Position numbers and translations under genes: made by a program. Below are positions 34,771-44,710 of a stretch of DNA of 59,730 bases, one piece after another. The stretch is from Terriglobales bacterium. Its GTDB lineage: Bacteria > Acidobacteriota > Terriglobia > Terriglobales > Acidobacteriaceae. Below the pieces are notes generated by a model, which was given only the letters and a program-made list of their open reading frames with translations, searched no databases and was not told where the DNA came from. The DNA lies in contig DASYWT010000199.1 of NCBI GenBank assembly GCA_035935775.1, forward strand, positions 1 to 59,730, given 5' to 3'. Numbering within the stretch: the first letter of the stretch is position 1; each line of letters opens with the position of its first letter.

Positions 34771-35194
34771 AACCGATTCCTAACTCGCCGCCGGAGTCAA
34801 AAACACGGACTGCACTGTCAGCGGCAGCCCTGCGGATGCAACGTGCTGAAACCTTTAGCCTGTCTGAACGGAATGGCGATGCGGAATTGTATACGAGCCC
34901 GGACCGGCCTGCCCGAAATTCGCTGCCCTTTTTCCTTGCCGTCAAACGTTGATTGTCATGTTGAGAGGTGCGAACGCCGAGTCACAGAACACTCCTGGGG
35001 TTTGTAAAAACTTCAAGACCACAGCTAGATAGTTCCCGGCAATACAGCGAGGGAAAAAGGTAATAGGGCGCACCACAACCGCTTGGTGGGCACCGGCCCC
35101 GCTTTCGCGCACCCTCTGGTAATATCGAATTTTGGCGCGAGGCGGCGTAAGACTGAGCCCCGATTCTTCGCCACATTCTTACGCGGAGGAACAC

Positions 35195-35410
35195 ATGAAC
35201 GACGCGGGCAGTTTTCCCATGGGTGCGCGGCGCAACGAGGACATCGCTCTCGATATGATGCGCTTCATCGCTATGACCACCGGCTACGGCAAGACCGGTT
35301 CCGCCGGGGCCGGTTTCGGCGCCAGCGTGGCTTCCAAGCCCGAGGAGTACGCCACTCACCTGCTGGAACTGTACGGCCGCTGCTTATCCGCTGTAGAGCG
35401 TAAGAAATAG
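35195..35410 (+). CDS. Hypothetical small protein
   Basis: GGAGGA RBS upstream of ATG 35195. Sequence MNDAGSFPMGARRNEDIALDMMRFIAMTTGYGKTG...; no family recognised. Confidence 0.5.
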   Translation: MNDAGSFPMGARRNEDIALDMMRFIAMTTGYGKTGSAGAGFGASVASKPEEYATHLLELYGRCLSAVERKK

Positions 35411-35557
35411 CCGATGTTTCGCCGCTCGTGGATCAAAACCGCGGAGGACGCGAAGGACCAAAGCATCTCCTGTTCCGGTTGGAAGTCCTGGCGCACACCG
35501 CGTCATCTGTGGTTTTCGTGTGAGGCTCCATCCAGGCCTGCAATTTGCGAAAACAAA

Positions 35558-35582
35558 AAGCCGCGGTAGCTCCCCGCGGCTT
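35558..35582. terminator. Bidirectional intrinsic terminator hairpin
   Basis: aagccgcgg-tagctcc-ccgcggctt forms a 9-bp stem. An A-run lies upstream (aaacaaaaa) and a T-rich tract downstream (ttcttcg). It sits between convergent genes ending at 35410 and 35604. Confidence 0.65.
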
Positions 35583-35603
35583 CTTCGAACAATGTGACTG
35601 GTC

Positions 35604-36035
35604 TTAGCGGCGGCGCTTGCGTGAAGAACTCTTGCGCTTCCCCTTGCCGCCCTTACGTGCGGACGACTTGCCCCGGCTGCGGCTGCCGCCCCGTTTCGCC
35701 GCCTTGCGGCCCGCCGCCTTGCGCTTCTTGCCCCCGCTTTTCTTGGCGCGCGCCGCGGGACGCTTGGCGGCCGCCTTCCGCGCCGGTGCTTTCTTCTTGG
35801 CAGGAGCACGCTTCGCTCCACCGCCCCCGCCGCCACCCCCTCTGGGTTCGCTGGGCTCCGGAGTCATGGCCGGCATCGCCGGCGCTTCTCCTACCGAACT
35901 GCTTACCGGCTCTTCTTCCTCTTCTTCCTCTTCCTCGTAATCTTCTTCCAGCGACTCGCCGTAGGAACCGGTGTCGCCGAATTCATCCATGTCATCATCG
36001 CGTAAATACAGCGTCTCCTCATCCCAAAATCGCAT
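35604..36035 (-). CDS. Bipolar disordered protein: acidic N-terminal half, Gly run, histone H1/AlgP-like Lys/Ala/Arg-rich C-terminal half
   Basis: AGGAGG RBS plus ATG 36035. Sequence MRFWDEETLYLRDDDMDEFGDTGSYGESLEEDYEEEEEEEEEP...GGGGGGGGAKRAPAKKKAPARKAAAKRPAARAKKSGGKKRKAAGRKAAKR.... Confidence 0.65.
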   Translation of the reverse strand: MRFWDEETLYLRDDDMDEFGDTGSYGESLEEDYEEEEEEEEEPVSSSVGEAPAMPAMTPEPSEPRGGGGGGGGAKRAPAKKKAPARKAAAKRPAARAKKSGGKKRKAAGRKAAKRGGSRSRGKSSARKGGKGKRKSSSRKRRR

Positions 36036-36268
36036 GGCTCCTCCTGATCTCCGCTTCAAAAGTTGCCGCCATTACACGGCAACGGATCCCTAATAGGAAA
36101 TTAAACAAGACTGCCGGACCGCCTCACCACCTCGCCGCGCCTGACTTTTTCGCGAGAAGCGCGCGATTATAGCACAGCGATTTTGCAACGCACTGTGATG
36201 CGCCGCTGCATCCGCATATTACACCTTAAGAGGAAATTGCGTCGGCGTGAGCTGAATCAGACTGCTGC

Positions 36269-38173
36269 TCAGGGATTTTCCTGGATCACCAGCACAGCGC
36301 CGGCTCGCAGGTTGGCCGCCGCTTTGCCGTTCGTGCGCCGCAGCGCCGCCACCGTGGTGTTGTATTGGTTGGCGATGCTATACAGGGTTTCGCCCTGGCG
36401 CACTTTGTGCAGAATTTTCTTGTTCCCCGAAGAGGACGCTCGTAACTTGCTGCTGTGTTTGGATTTAGCGTGCCCGCGCACGGAGACAACCTCATGTTCT
36501 CCGGGGGGCAGCGGCCGATGCAGGTACAGCACCATCCCGGGACGCAATTTGCCGCGCACCCGCGGGTTCCACCGGCGCAAGCGCACCACGGGAACGCCAA
36601 AATCGTCCGCTACCGAGCTTAAGGTATCGCCGCGCCGTACCCGGTAGCGCGTGAGGCGCCGCGAGTACGCAATCGCTTCCACGTAACGCCCCGCAGCTAC
36701 GGGAATAATCAGCTTCGTGCCCGCTTCCAGTTCTATCCCATCCAGGCTGTTGGCTTCCGCGATGGCGCGAGCGGTCGTGTGATACTGGCGCGCCACGCTG
36801 GCCAGCGTTTCACCTTCGGTTACGTTGTGGTAGCGCCACCACACCCGCTTGTCACGGGGTATGCTGGCGATCGCCGCCTGGTATTTTTCCGTCGTGCCCG
36901 CCGGGAGGTGGAGATCGAATGTTCCTTCCCGCGGCGTGGTCATGCGCAGCAGACTGGGATTCAGTTCCTGGAGCGTGCTCACAGAACTGTCCACGCACTC
37001 CGCTACCAGCCGCAGATCCACGGGGTAATTGATGGTGAGGGTATCCGTCGGGATGGGCTTGTCGGGGACAATCTGATCCAGCCCATACTGCGCCGGATTC
37101 TTGGCCATGATGGCCACGGCGACGATGATAGGCACGTAGTTGCGAGTTTCCGCCGGCAGCACGTTGCGCCGGTAAAGCTCCCAGAAATCAGCGTAGCCTG
37201 TGCGCTGCACCGCTTGTTGCACCGTCAGCGGCCCGGAATTGTATGCCGCCATGGCCAGGTACCAATCGCCAAATTCCTTATAAAGATCCTTGAGGTGGCG
37301 AGCCGCCGCGCGCGTGGACTTTTCCGGATCCTGGCGCTCATCTACCCACCAGCTGCGCTCCAGGCCGTAGCCTTTGGCCCGGCTGGACATAAACTGCCAC
37401 AAACCGCGGGCGCCAACGTGCGAAAGCGCCACCGGATGGAATCCGGACTCCGCTTCCGCCAGGTAGATCAAATCCTGGGGCACTCCCTCCTGCTTCAAGA
37501 CCCGCCGGATCATGTCGCTGTACAAACCGGCGCGGGTCAGAGCCCGTTCCAGCACCCCACGGCCACGCGTGGAAAAGTAATTGATGTAACTGGCCACGGC
37601 ATCGTTCATGGTCAGCGGCAGGTCGGAGTGAATCTGGCGAACCTCCTCCGCGGCCTTGGCCTTGATGTTGGGGTCAACGGGGAAAGTAATCTGATTGGTC
37701 TCGTCAATCGGGGCCGGCTCGGATTTCTGCTCGGTGAACCCATCGCCCTGGCGCAGCGCTACCAGCTCCAGGCTGTTGACCCCGTCCACGATCTTGTCGA
37801 ACTCTTTTTGCAGCCGCTCGTCCGAGCTGGCCCCGCCAGAAGCCTGGGTCAGGATGTCGAAGGCGCTGTCGAAATTAGCCTTGGCGGCTTCCAGGTGTCC
37901 TGCCGCGTAATTGGCTTGGCCAGCCTGATATTGCTCTTCTGCTTGTGCCACCAGGGTGTCAATGGGGTCAGGCTTGGCGGCAGGCTGGGGCTGCGCCTGG
38001 GGCTTAGGATCGGGAGCTGGGATGGCCGCTGGCTTGGCTGCAATCGGCGGCGGAGAACTTACCGGCGGTGCTGCTGCCATAACTGGCTTTTTAACCGCGG
38101 TCTGGCAGGATGAAGTCCCAAGAACCAGGGCGGCGAGCAACGGGCTAAACCAATAAAACTGTCGAATCCTCAT
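36269..38173 (-). CDS. Membrane-bound lytic murein transglycosylase (MltD-like) with three LysM domains
   Basis: SLT catalytic block (LAEAESGFHPVALSHVGARGLWQFM, AAYNSGP). Three LysM repeats (GETLASVARQY, GDTLSSVADDF, GETLYSIANQY). The lipoprotein-like start at ATG 38173 (LVLGTSSC) is preferred over 38227. Confidence 0.9.
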   Translation of the reverse strand: MRIRQFYWFSPLLAALVLGTSSCQTAVKKPVMAAAPPVSSPPPIAAKPAAIPAPDPKPQAQPQPAAKPDPIDTLVAQAEEQYQAGQANYAAGHLEAAKANFDSAFDILTQASGGASSDERLQKEFDKIVDGVNSLELVALRQGDGFTEQKSEPAPIDETNQITFPVDPNIKAKAAEEVRQIHSDLPLTMNDAVASYINYFSTRGRGVLERALTRAGLYSDMIRRVLKQEGVPQDLIYLAEAESGFHPVALSHVGARGLWQFMSSRAKGYGLERSWWVDERQDPEKSTRAAARHLKDLYKEFGDWYLAMAAYNSGPLTVQQAVQRTGYADFWELYRRNVLPAETRNYVPIIVAVAIMAKNPAQYGLDQIVPDKPIPTDTLTINYPVDLRLVAECVDSSVSTLQELNPSLLRMTTPREGTFDLHLPAGTTEKYQAAIASIPRDKRVWWRYHNVTEGETLASVARQYHTTARAIAEANSLDGIELEAGTKLIIPVAAGRYVEAIAYSRRLTRYRVRRGDTLSSVADDFGVPVVRLRRWNPRVRGKLRPGMVLYLHRPLPPGEHEVVSVRGHAKSKHSSKLRASSSGNKKILHKVRQGETLYSIANQYNTTVAALRRTNGKAAANLRAGAVLVIQENP

Positions 38174-38420
38174 TCGCCTCTGGGACTTAGGGCCTTTCGC
38201 TTTGGCTTGTGTTCCGGAACTTGTCAAATCGTACTACGGGTTTTTTCGAGGGGTCAATCGAACAAAGGTACCTTGGTTACCTTCCGAAGGACGTTGGCCC
38301 CCTGCAATCACCCCCTCTACTGATCGTAAATCACACAGAATCCAGAGCCGCACGCTGCGGTTGCCTCACAAGGAAGGGAGTCGGTGAGTCATCAGTCAGG
38401 CGTCTCGGCAGGTCAACCCT

Positions 38421-39020
38421 TTAGGATGGCGTGGTGGCGCTTGCGCGCCGAGCGGGTACGCCGGGCAGGTGCTGTCTCAGCAACGCGCGAAACTCCTCCA
38501 CGCCACCGGCGGCAAACGCCCGCTTGGGAACCACATAGAGACACGCGGGAGTACCGCGAACGCGATAGGCATAGAGAGACGAGGCATTAGTCGGCCATAC
38601 GCTGAGGAAAACGAACAAATTCTTGCTTTCGACGAAGCGGCTGAAGTCAGTCCACGGCAGCGAACTGACCGCGAACCTCTCTGAGTCGCCGATGGCGATG
38701 CCATCTTCACCTGCGTCGAGCGTTTTTAGGCCGCCTCGTCCTGGTTGGCGAAGTGCACCGATGGGGCCGCGCTTGGCGACAATCCACCCCAGCATCAGCA
38801 AAAACCAGCCCTCAAGGAACACCGCGAGGTCAGCGCGCGATAGATGATGCAGGCTGCGGCCCGAGGTTAAGGCATCCCACCTCGCCCATACCGGGCCTGC
38901 GATGAGCAGCAGGCCAACAACCGGCAGAAGGTATCGTTCGAATCCGCGGCGCAGGTGCTGGTAGTAAGCCCGCCGAGCTTCTCGCTCGTCCTCGGTGCGG
39001 AGCTCAAATTCGATCTTCAT
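38421..39020 (-). CDS. YcxB-like membrane protein
   Basis: Two TM segments followed by a C-terminal block WTDFSRFVESKNLFVFLS...LYVVPKRAF that resembles the YcxB domain. Confidence 0.6.
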   Translation of the reverse strand: MKIEFELRTEDEREARRAYYQHLRRGFERYLLPVVGLLLIAGPVWARWDALTSGRSLHHLSRADLAVFLEGWFLLMLGWIVAKRGPIGALRQPGRGGLKTLDAGEDGIAIGDSERFAVSSLPWTDFSRFVESKNLFVFLSVWPTNASSLYAYRVRGTPACLYVVPKRAFAAGGVEEFRALLRQHLPGVPARRASATTPS

Positions 39021-39217
39021 GGCCAGTCCGACGCAGCGGAGTTGAGCCTCCGCGAAGCGGAAGTGGAGGTCGCCACGCTGCTGGCCTCCCGCCGGGACTC
39101 CTTGGATGATTCAAACTTTCTAACCACGCCGCTACATTCTGGCGCCGCTCCGCCGCTCAACCCGTGCTGGCGTCAGCTACTTGTTTGCCTCGCGCGAGAA
39201 ATCCACTCTAGCCTTTC

Positions 39218-39264
<47 letters not shown>

Positions 39265-42200
39265 CTACCAGGAAAGCTTCAATGCCAGCTGCAATTGACG
39301 CGGGTCGAAGGCGGCTGTGGGCTGCCCGGCACTGCTCCACAGCGGGTTTACGGAAGCCACATTGAATCTATTGATGAAGTTGAACACGTCCACCATGGCA
39401 TCCAGCCCCACGCGCTCTCCGAAAGCGATGTGGCGCGCCACCCGCATGTCGGTGAATAGGTTGGAAGGCTGGACCCCGGCGTTGCGCCCCAGGTTGCCCA
39501 CCAGCGTGCCGTTCAGGAAGCAGGCCGGCTGCAGGAATCCCGTGGGGGAGTAGCGCGAGGCCACTGCCTGGTCGCCACAGAAGTTTTGCGGGGTGTTTGC
39601 CCCAACCGCCAGCGGACGGTCGGTAGTGGTGCCAAAGTCGAAGTTGCGGTCGGACCCGGTGACAATGTTGAACGGTCGGCCCGCCCCTGCTTCGATGATG
39701 GGGGCGAAGGTCCAGTCACTGCCCAGCTTGCTCCAGAAGCTGCTGCCTGAGAGCCTGCCTGTCTGATAAACCCCGCTGAAAACAAACCGGTGCCGCTGGT
39801 CGAACAGAGAGGCGGAGCGGTCGGCATTGGGGTTGTAGTTATCTTGCGGGGCCAGCGGCGATTCCAGGTCGGTGGAGTCGTCTATGGAGTGCGAATACGT
39901 GTAGGACGCCAGGAACTCGTAGTGATTGCTGAAGCGCTTGCGCAGGTTGGCGGTAAATCCGTGGTAGACGGAGCTGCCGTTGGAGAAGTTTGCCGGCATG
40001 TCGCTGAACGGGATGCAGCCGCCCAGCGAAAGCGGGTCACAGTTGGCATTTAAGCCGTCCATCGCCATGATCTCGTTCGCCAGCGTCACGCACTGGCCTG
40101 CCCCGCCCGCAATGGCCGCCTGGCCCAGTGACGGGTTCAGCCCCGACGGACGGAAAAAGCTGACCAGCGAGGAACTTACCCAAGGCTGCCCCAGGAACGG
40201 CCCCGGATTCAGGTCCACGCCGCAGGGTGCGCCAATAGAGCCAACAAATAACGGAGCGCTGGCGCCGCCCGTGAGCGCGCCCTTGTCACCGGCCGCCGCC
40301 GCTACCTGATAGTTGCGAATCAGCAGGTCAGAGCGCACCGCATTGGCATTGACGGGCCGGTTCAATCTCTTGCCCGCATTGAAGTTGTATTGCAAGCTCA
40401 AGGCGAAGTTGTGTCCCAGGTCACGCTCAATGGTCAGATTGGCTTGTTCGGAATATGGGTACTGGAAATTGGAAGCGGTCGGGAATCCAAAGGGCTGCAG
40501 AATCAGAGGAATACCCGCCGCCAGATACTGCTGCCCCACAAATGCGGAGGGTGCGTTGGGTGCGGGGTTGAAGCGCTGCTGGCTGGAGAGATAGTCGAGT
40601 GCCTGCGCCAGTCCCGGGGGGGTGCAGGTAACACTGCCCAGCGTGCCCTGGAAAGTGTTGGCGGCGTTCAGGTTCAACGGGCTGGGGCTGCTGGCGGCGG
40701 TGCACGGGCTACCGCCAAACAGCACCACCTGCGGTGCCTGGGCGCCATCGGCCACGTCGGAGTCAAAGGCCAGAGCCAGCAGCGGGTGGTCGTAGAAGAT
40801 TCCATAAGAAGCGCGCACTACCGTTTTGCCGTCGTTGCCTGGGTCCCAGGCCAGGCCGATGCGTGGCGCCACATTGTCCCAGTCGCGGGGAATGCCCTGC
40901 GTAATTCCCAGGCTCTTCTGCGCCGCCTGGGAGAAGGAGTTGATGGCGGCAAAGGTGGGCGTCAGCTCTACGTCGTAGCGAACACCGTAATTCAGGGTCA
41001 GGTTGGGCAACGCCCGCCAGCTGTCCTGGACGAAGCCGCCTAAGGGAGTGTTGGTAAAGGCGTCGTGAGGATTGCCCACACCCTGAATGAAGTTCTGCGG
41101 CAAGCCCAGTCCGTAAGCCTGAATGGGCGACATGCCGGGAAAGTTGGGGACGCCGGGAATGCTGGGCAGGTTCGGCAAGTCCACGCCGCCAAAGTTGTAA
41201 ACGCCGCCAAAATTTACGGTGAAGTCGGCCTGCAGGGGCAGGTAATTGCCATCCATCCCGAACTTCATGTTGTGGTTGCCCTTGGCCCAGGAAAAGCTGT
41301 CGGAAGCCTGGTAGCGCTGCTCGGTGCGGTTCACAAAGGAGAACGGCTCGCGGCCAAAGAAGGCGAATCCGGGGATGTTCACTGCCACGTTGCCCCCGCC
41401 CGGTCCGCTCGAGAAGTTGTAGAGCAGGCCGCGTCGGGAATAGGCAAACAGGAAATCATTCACCTTGTTGTTGCCGATGCTGGCGGTGTCGTGGGCGCTG
41501 ACGCTGAAATCGCGATAGGTCTGCTGCGAGGTGCGCGAAAAGGCGTTCTGCCCGAAGTTCTGCGGCCCCTGCGCGTTCACCTGGATGCCCGTCGTCGTGC
41601 TGGGGCTGACTCCCCCGCGCAGCGACAGTTGCTGATTGGAACTGATGCGGTGGTCCAGCCTCAGTGAATAGAGGCTGGTACCTTCAAAAATCGGGTAGTT
41701 CCCGATCAGCGAATTCATGGGTACGAACGACGACGGCAGTAGCGCGCCGCTGCTGGCAAAAATCGGCAGTGGTACAGGGCTCGGGACCTTCATTGCGGCC
41801 AGGATTGCGGTCGGCACCAGCCCATTCAGCGCTACCGCTGACCCTGCCCCAGCCGCGGCGGCATAGCTGCCCACCGCGTTTGCGAATGCGAGGTTCGCCT
41901 GTTCCAGCGTCAACACGGAGGGGTTGGTCAGAAAGCCGATCTGGTCCGGGGTCAGGTTGAGCGTGCCAAAGGGCAGTCGTACCAGCGAGGTGTCGAAAGG
42001 CAGCAGCCCAAAATTGTTGGCTCCGATGTTGGAAAAGCCGGTCTCATGCCGGCGGGTGGTTTCGAAGGAGAAGAAATAGAAGGTTTTGTCCTTCACAATG
42101 GGCCCGCCGAACGCTGCTCCTGCCTGTACCCGCGTGTAGGCCGGGTCGGACACTTTTCCGGCGGCGTTAAAGCTGAAAGGATTCGTCGCCTGCAGGTTGC

Positions 42201-42984
42201 GGTTGCGCAGGTACCCGAACACGTCACCGTGGAACTGGTTAGAGCCGGACTTGGTGATGATATTGACCACCCCGCCGGAGGCTCGCCCATATTCCGGGGC
42301 ATAGCTGTTATTGATAATCTGGAACTCCTGCACGCCTTCCTGCGAAACGGTTGAGCGGATGCCGTTTACCGAGTTATCCACCGAGTCGGCCCCATCCACG
42401 TTCACCTGGTTGGCGCGCGCCCGCTGCCCGCTGAAATTCAGCCCCGAAGTCGGCGCTGCCCCGATGCTGGGCGCGGTGTCCCGCTCCACCTGCGAGTCGG
42501 TTAACGCAAAGTTGATGTAATTGCGGCCGTTGATGGGCAGGTTCTCGATCCGCTCCTGATTGATGGTGGTGGTGGAGGAGGTGCGCTGTGTCTCCACCAG
42601 CTCGGCCTCGGCAGAAACGCTCACCGTTTCCGTTACCCCGGCTACTTGCAGCGTTACCGGCAACTCGGCCACCTGCCCGACGGTAACGGTCACGTTCGTG
42701 GCCTCGACCTTGGCAAAGCCGGGGGCTTCCACGCTCACCGCGTAACGCCCGGGCGGCAGTAGCAGGAACTGGTACTCGCCGTTGACGTTGGTGGTGGTTG
42801 TGCGCCCGAAATTCTGTGCCTCGTTGCGTACCGCCACGGTCGCGTTCTTCACCACCGCGCCCTTGGGGTCCTTCACCGACACGTGCAGCTCCGCGGTAGC
42901 CGCCGATTGCGCGGCAGCGCTTGCCGCAAGCAGAGCCATCATCGCTATTGCGTATGCGAGCGTGACCAGCCTTTTCATAGGCAC
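39265..42984 (-). CDS. TonB-dependent receptor with N-terminal carboxypeptidase-regulatory-like domain
   Basis: Signal peptide, then a CarboxypepD_reg-like beta-sandwich (ELHVSVKDPKGAVVKNATVAVRN...NGEYQFLLLPPGRYAVSVEAPGF). A plug region follows (INQERIENLPINGRNYINF), then a long beta-barrel ending LKLSW. Confidence 0.9.
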   Translation of the reverse strand: MPMKRLVTLAYAIAMMALLAASAAAQSAATAELHVSVKDPKGAVVKNATVAVRNEAQNFGRTTTTNVNGEYQFLLLPPGRYAVSVEAPGFAKVEATNVTVTVGQVAELPVTLQVAGVTETVSVSAEAELVETQRTSSTTTINQERIENLPINGRNYINFALTDSQVERDTAPSIGAAPTSGLNFSGQRARANQVNVDGADSVDNSVNGIRSTVSQEGVQEFQIINNSYAPEYGRASGGVVNIITKSGSNQFHGDVFGYLRNRNLQATNPFSFNAAGKVSDPAYTRVQAGAAFGGPIVKDKTFYFFSFETTRRHETGFSNIGANNFGLLPFDTSLVRLPFGTLNLTPDQIGFLTNPSVLTLEQANLAFANAVGSYAAAAGAGSAVALNGLVPTAILAAMKVPSPVPLPIFASSGALLPSSFVPMNSLIGNYPIFEGTSLYSLRLDHRISSNQQLSLRGGVSPSTTTGIQVNAQGPQNFGQNAFSRTSQQTYRDFSVSAHDTASIGNNKVNDFLFAYSRRGLLYNFSSGPGGGNVAVNIPGFAFFGREPFSFVNRTEQRYQASDSFSWAKGNHNMKFGMDGNYLPLQADFTVNFGGVYNFGGVDLPNLPSIPGVPNFPGMSPIQAYGLGLPQNFIQGVGNPHDAFTNTPLGGFVQDSWRALPNLTLNYGVRYDVELTPTFAAINSFSQAAQKSLGITQGIPRDWDNVAPRIGLAWDPGNDGKTVVRASYGIFYDHPLLALAFDSDVADGAQAPQVVLFGGSPCTAASSPSPLNLNAANTFQGTLGSVTCTPPGLAQALDYLSSQQRFNPAPNAPSAFVGQQYLAAGIPLILQPFGFPTASNFQYPYSEQANLTIERDLGHNFALSLQYNFNAGKRLNRPVNANAVRSDLLIRNYQVAAAAGDKGALTGGASAPLFVGSIGAPCGVDLNPGPFLGQPWVSSSLVSFFRPSGLNPSLGQAAIAGGAGQCVTLANEIMAMDGLNANCDPLSLGGCIPFSDMPANFSNGSSVYHGFTANLRKRFSNHYEFLASYTYSHSIDDSTDLESPLAPQDNYNPNADRSASLFDQRHRFVFSGVYQTGRLSGSSFWSKLGSDWTFAPIIEAGAGRPFNIVTGSDRNFDFGTTTDRPLAVGANTPQNFCGDQAVASRYSPTGFLQPACFLNGTLVGNLGRNAGVQPSNLFTDMRVARHIAFGERVGLDAMVDVFNFINRFNVASVNPLWSSAGQPTAAFDPRQLQLALKLSW

Positions 42985-43193
42985 TCCTATTGTTTTCTAA
43001 CGTTTCCAGGGACCGGCAACGCACAATCCCGCCTCGCGGGTCTTGTACCCGGGATGGCGGGGGATCGGAACCGGATTTTTGAACGTGAATTCCGCTGGTT
43101 TTTACATCAGGTGCAGCCTAAAGGCAAGCCCGTACAGGGGAAATAGACGTGACCAGAAAGGCGCGGGGGAGCACCCACCATTCCATTTCGCGG

Positions 43194-44159
43194 CTATCTC
43201 TTGATCCCGCAGGCCTGCTGCTCAGTGGTAGCGAATCCCCACGCCATGCGCGGGGTGTTGTGGGCAATACCGAGGCGGCCTTGGGCGTCGAGCACGATGA
43301 TGCCGCCGTGCCCGCTCAGCCGTCGCTGCAGGTAAGTAATGGCTTCGCTGGCCGCCTGCTGCGGAGGCGCGCCCGCGGCCACCCGGTCCGCCGCCCATTT
43401 CCCCAACACTAGCTTCATGATGGGTTCACCCCAGCCGGTGGTGGAAACACCCGCACTCTCGTTGTCGGCGTAGCAACCGCAGCCAATCAAGGAAGAGTCA
43501 CCCACCCGGCCTGGTGTTTTGTTGAGCGTGCCTCCGGTCGAGGTGGCGGCCGCCAGATTGCCGTCGAGATCGAGCGCCACCGCGCCAACGGTGTCGTGAG
43601 AAGCAGAAAAAACATCCAACTTGGATTCGCCTTCTGCCTGCAGTTTGCGCAGGCGTTGTACTTCCCGCTCGATTACCAGCTCTTCGTTGTCAATCAGCGC
43701 CACCCCGTGTTCCGCGGCGAAGCGCTCCGCTCCCGGCCCCACGAAATACACGTGCGGGCTGTCTTCCAGCACGATGCGCGCCACGTGTATGGGATTGCGG
43801 ATCCGCTCCACGCAGCCTACGCCGCCGGCGCGCAGTGTTGCCCCATCCATCATCAGGGCGTCAAGTTGCACGCGGCCATCGCGATTCAGGAAGCTGCCCC
43901 GCCCGGCGTCGAAGGCTTCATCATCCTCCATGACCCTGACCGCGGCTTCCACCACGTCCAGGGCCGAACCGCCCCGCTCCAGATCCTGCCAGCCCTCCGC
44001 CAGGGCGGCACGAATGCCGTTCAGGTGGGCTTCCACCATGTCGTCGGGAATAGCCCACCCGCCGCCGTGTACCACCAGCACCGGCTTATTCAAAACCTTC
44101 GTCTCGCATAAGGAGTGATGAGCGGACAGTCTAGCACTGGCAGGGGAAGTCGCTGCCAA
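43194..44159 (-). CDS. Isoaspartyl peptidase / L-asparaginase (Ntn hydrolase, plant-type)
   Basis: VLVVHGGGW, nucleophile context HDTVGAVALD, GRVGDSSLIGCGCYADN and TTGWGEPIMK. The N-terminus is uncertain: TTG 44159 or TTG 44093, the latter giving MNKPVLVVHGG. Confidence 0.9.
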   Translation of the reverse strand: MAATSPASARLSAHHSLCETKVLNKPVLVVHGGGWAIPDDMVEAHLNGIRAALAEGWQDLERGGSALDVVEAAVRVMEDDEAFDAGRGSFLNRDGRVQLDALMMDGATLRAGGVGCVERIRNPIHVARIVLEDSPHVYFVGPGAERFAAEHGVALIDNEELVIEREVQRLRKLQAEGESKLDVFSASHDTVGAVALDLDGNLAAATSTGGTLNKTPGRVGDSSLIGCGCYADNESAGVSTTGWGEPIMKLVLGKWAADRVAAGAPPQQAASEAITYLQRRLSGHGGIIVLDAQGRLGIAHNTPRMAWGFATTEQQACGIKR

Positions 44160-44175
44160 GCGAAGGTAACGTCGC

Positions 44176-44268
44176 AGGTTTCAAGGTTTCGAAAACAGGC
44201 CCGCTCACACTTTCACTGTTACCCTGAGGATGCTTTCCCGGAAACTTTGAAACCTTGAAACTTGTTTC
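44176..44268. repeat. GTTTC/GAAAC octamer-array inverted repeat (copy 1)
   Basis: The left arm aggtttcaaggtttcgaaaac (44176-44196) and right arm gaaactttgaaaccttgaaacttgtttc (44241-44268) share a 13-nt perfect complement (gtttcaaggtttc). Located in the asparaginase/padR divergent region. Confidence 0.85.
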
Positions 44269-44363
44269 TTGAGACTCGAAGCGGCCCTGTAACCGCTTTC
44301 TGCCGCTCTCTCCTGTTGACATGCCACACGAGCCGGAGCATACTCCTGTGGGGAGGCCACAGG

Positions 44364-44696
44364 ATGGGCGAGGGCAAATCCGAAGTACTGCAGGGCACGC
44401 TCGACCTGATGGTGCTCAAGACCCTGCACGCGCTGGGGCCGCTGCACGGCTATGGCATCGCCCGCCGCATCGAGCAGGCCAGCGGCGACGTGCTATTGCT
44501 CAACCAGGGCACCATTTACGCTTCCCTCGTCCGCCTGCTGCAGAAAGGCTGGATCAGCGCCGCCTGGGGCGCCTCGGAAAACAACCGCAAGGCAAAGTTT
44601 TATTCCCTCACCACGCGCGGGCTGAAGCAGCTGCGCCAGGAAACCGAAAACTGGGAACGCATCGCCGGGGTGATGGAGCGCGTGTTGGAGCTGTAG
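44364..44696 (+). CDS. PadR-family transcriptional regulator (Acidobacterial type)
   Basis: LQGTLDLMVLKTLHALGPLHGYGIARRIEQASGDVLLLNQGTIYASLVRLLQKGWISAAWG is a winged-helix PadR core. GGGAGG RBS before ATG 44364. Confidence 0.9.
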   Translation: MGEGKSEVLQGTLDLMVLKTLHALGPLHGYGIARRIEQASGDVLLLNQGTIYASLVRLLQKGWISAAWGASENNRKAKFYSLTTRGLKQLRQETENWERIAGVMERVLEL

Positions 44697-44710
44697 CGGA
44701 GGATCTGGCA

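Noticed and set aside
34771-34960. Molybdenum cofactor riboswitch upstream of the molybdoenzyme gene.
   Set aside because: The leader is long, but I could not recognise the conserved Moco motif elements with confidence by eye. A covariance-model scan would be needed, so it is not claimed.
35617-35940. 107-aa plus-strand ORF (poly-Pro, poly-Ser, Leu/Arg-rich) opposite the acidic/basic protein gene.
   Set aside because: It is the mirror image of low-complexity coding repeats. The minus-strand ORF has an AGGAGG RBS at ideal spacing and the plus-strand ORF has none.
42985-43193. Cobalamin riboswitch upstream of the TonB-dependent receptor (and upstream of the B12-radical SAM gene at 47844-47983).
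   Set aside because: No B12-box-like sequence or the typical GGUG...GCCACUG elements were seen on the relevant strand.
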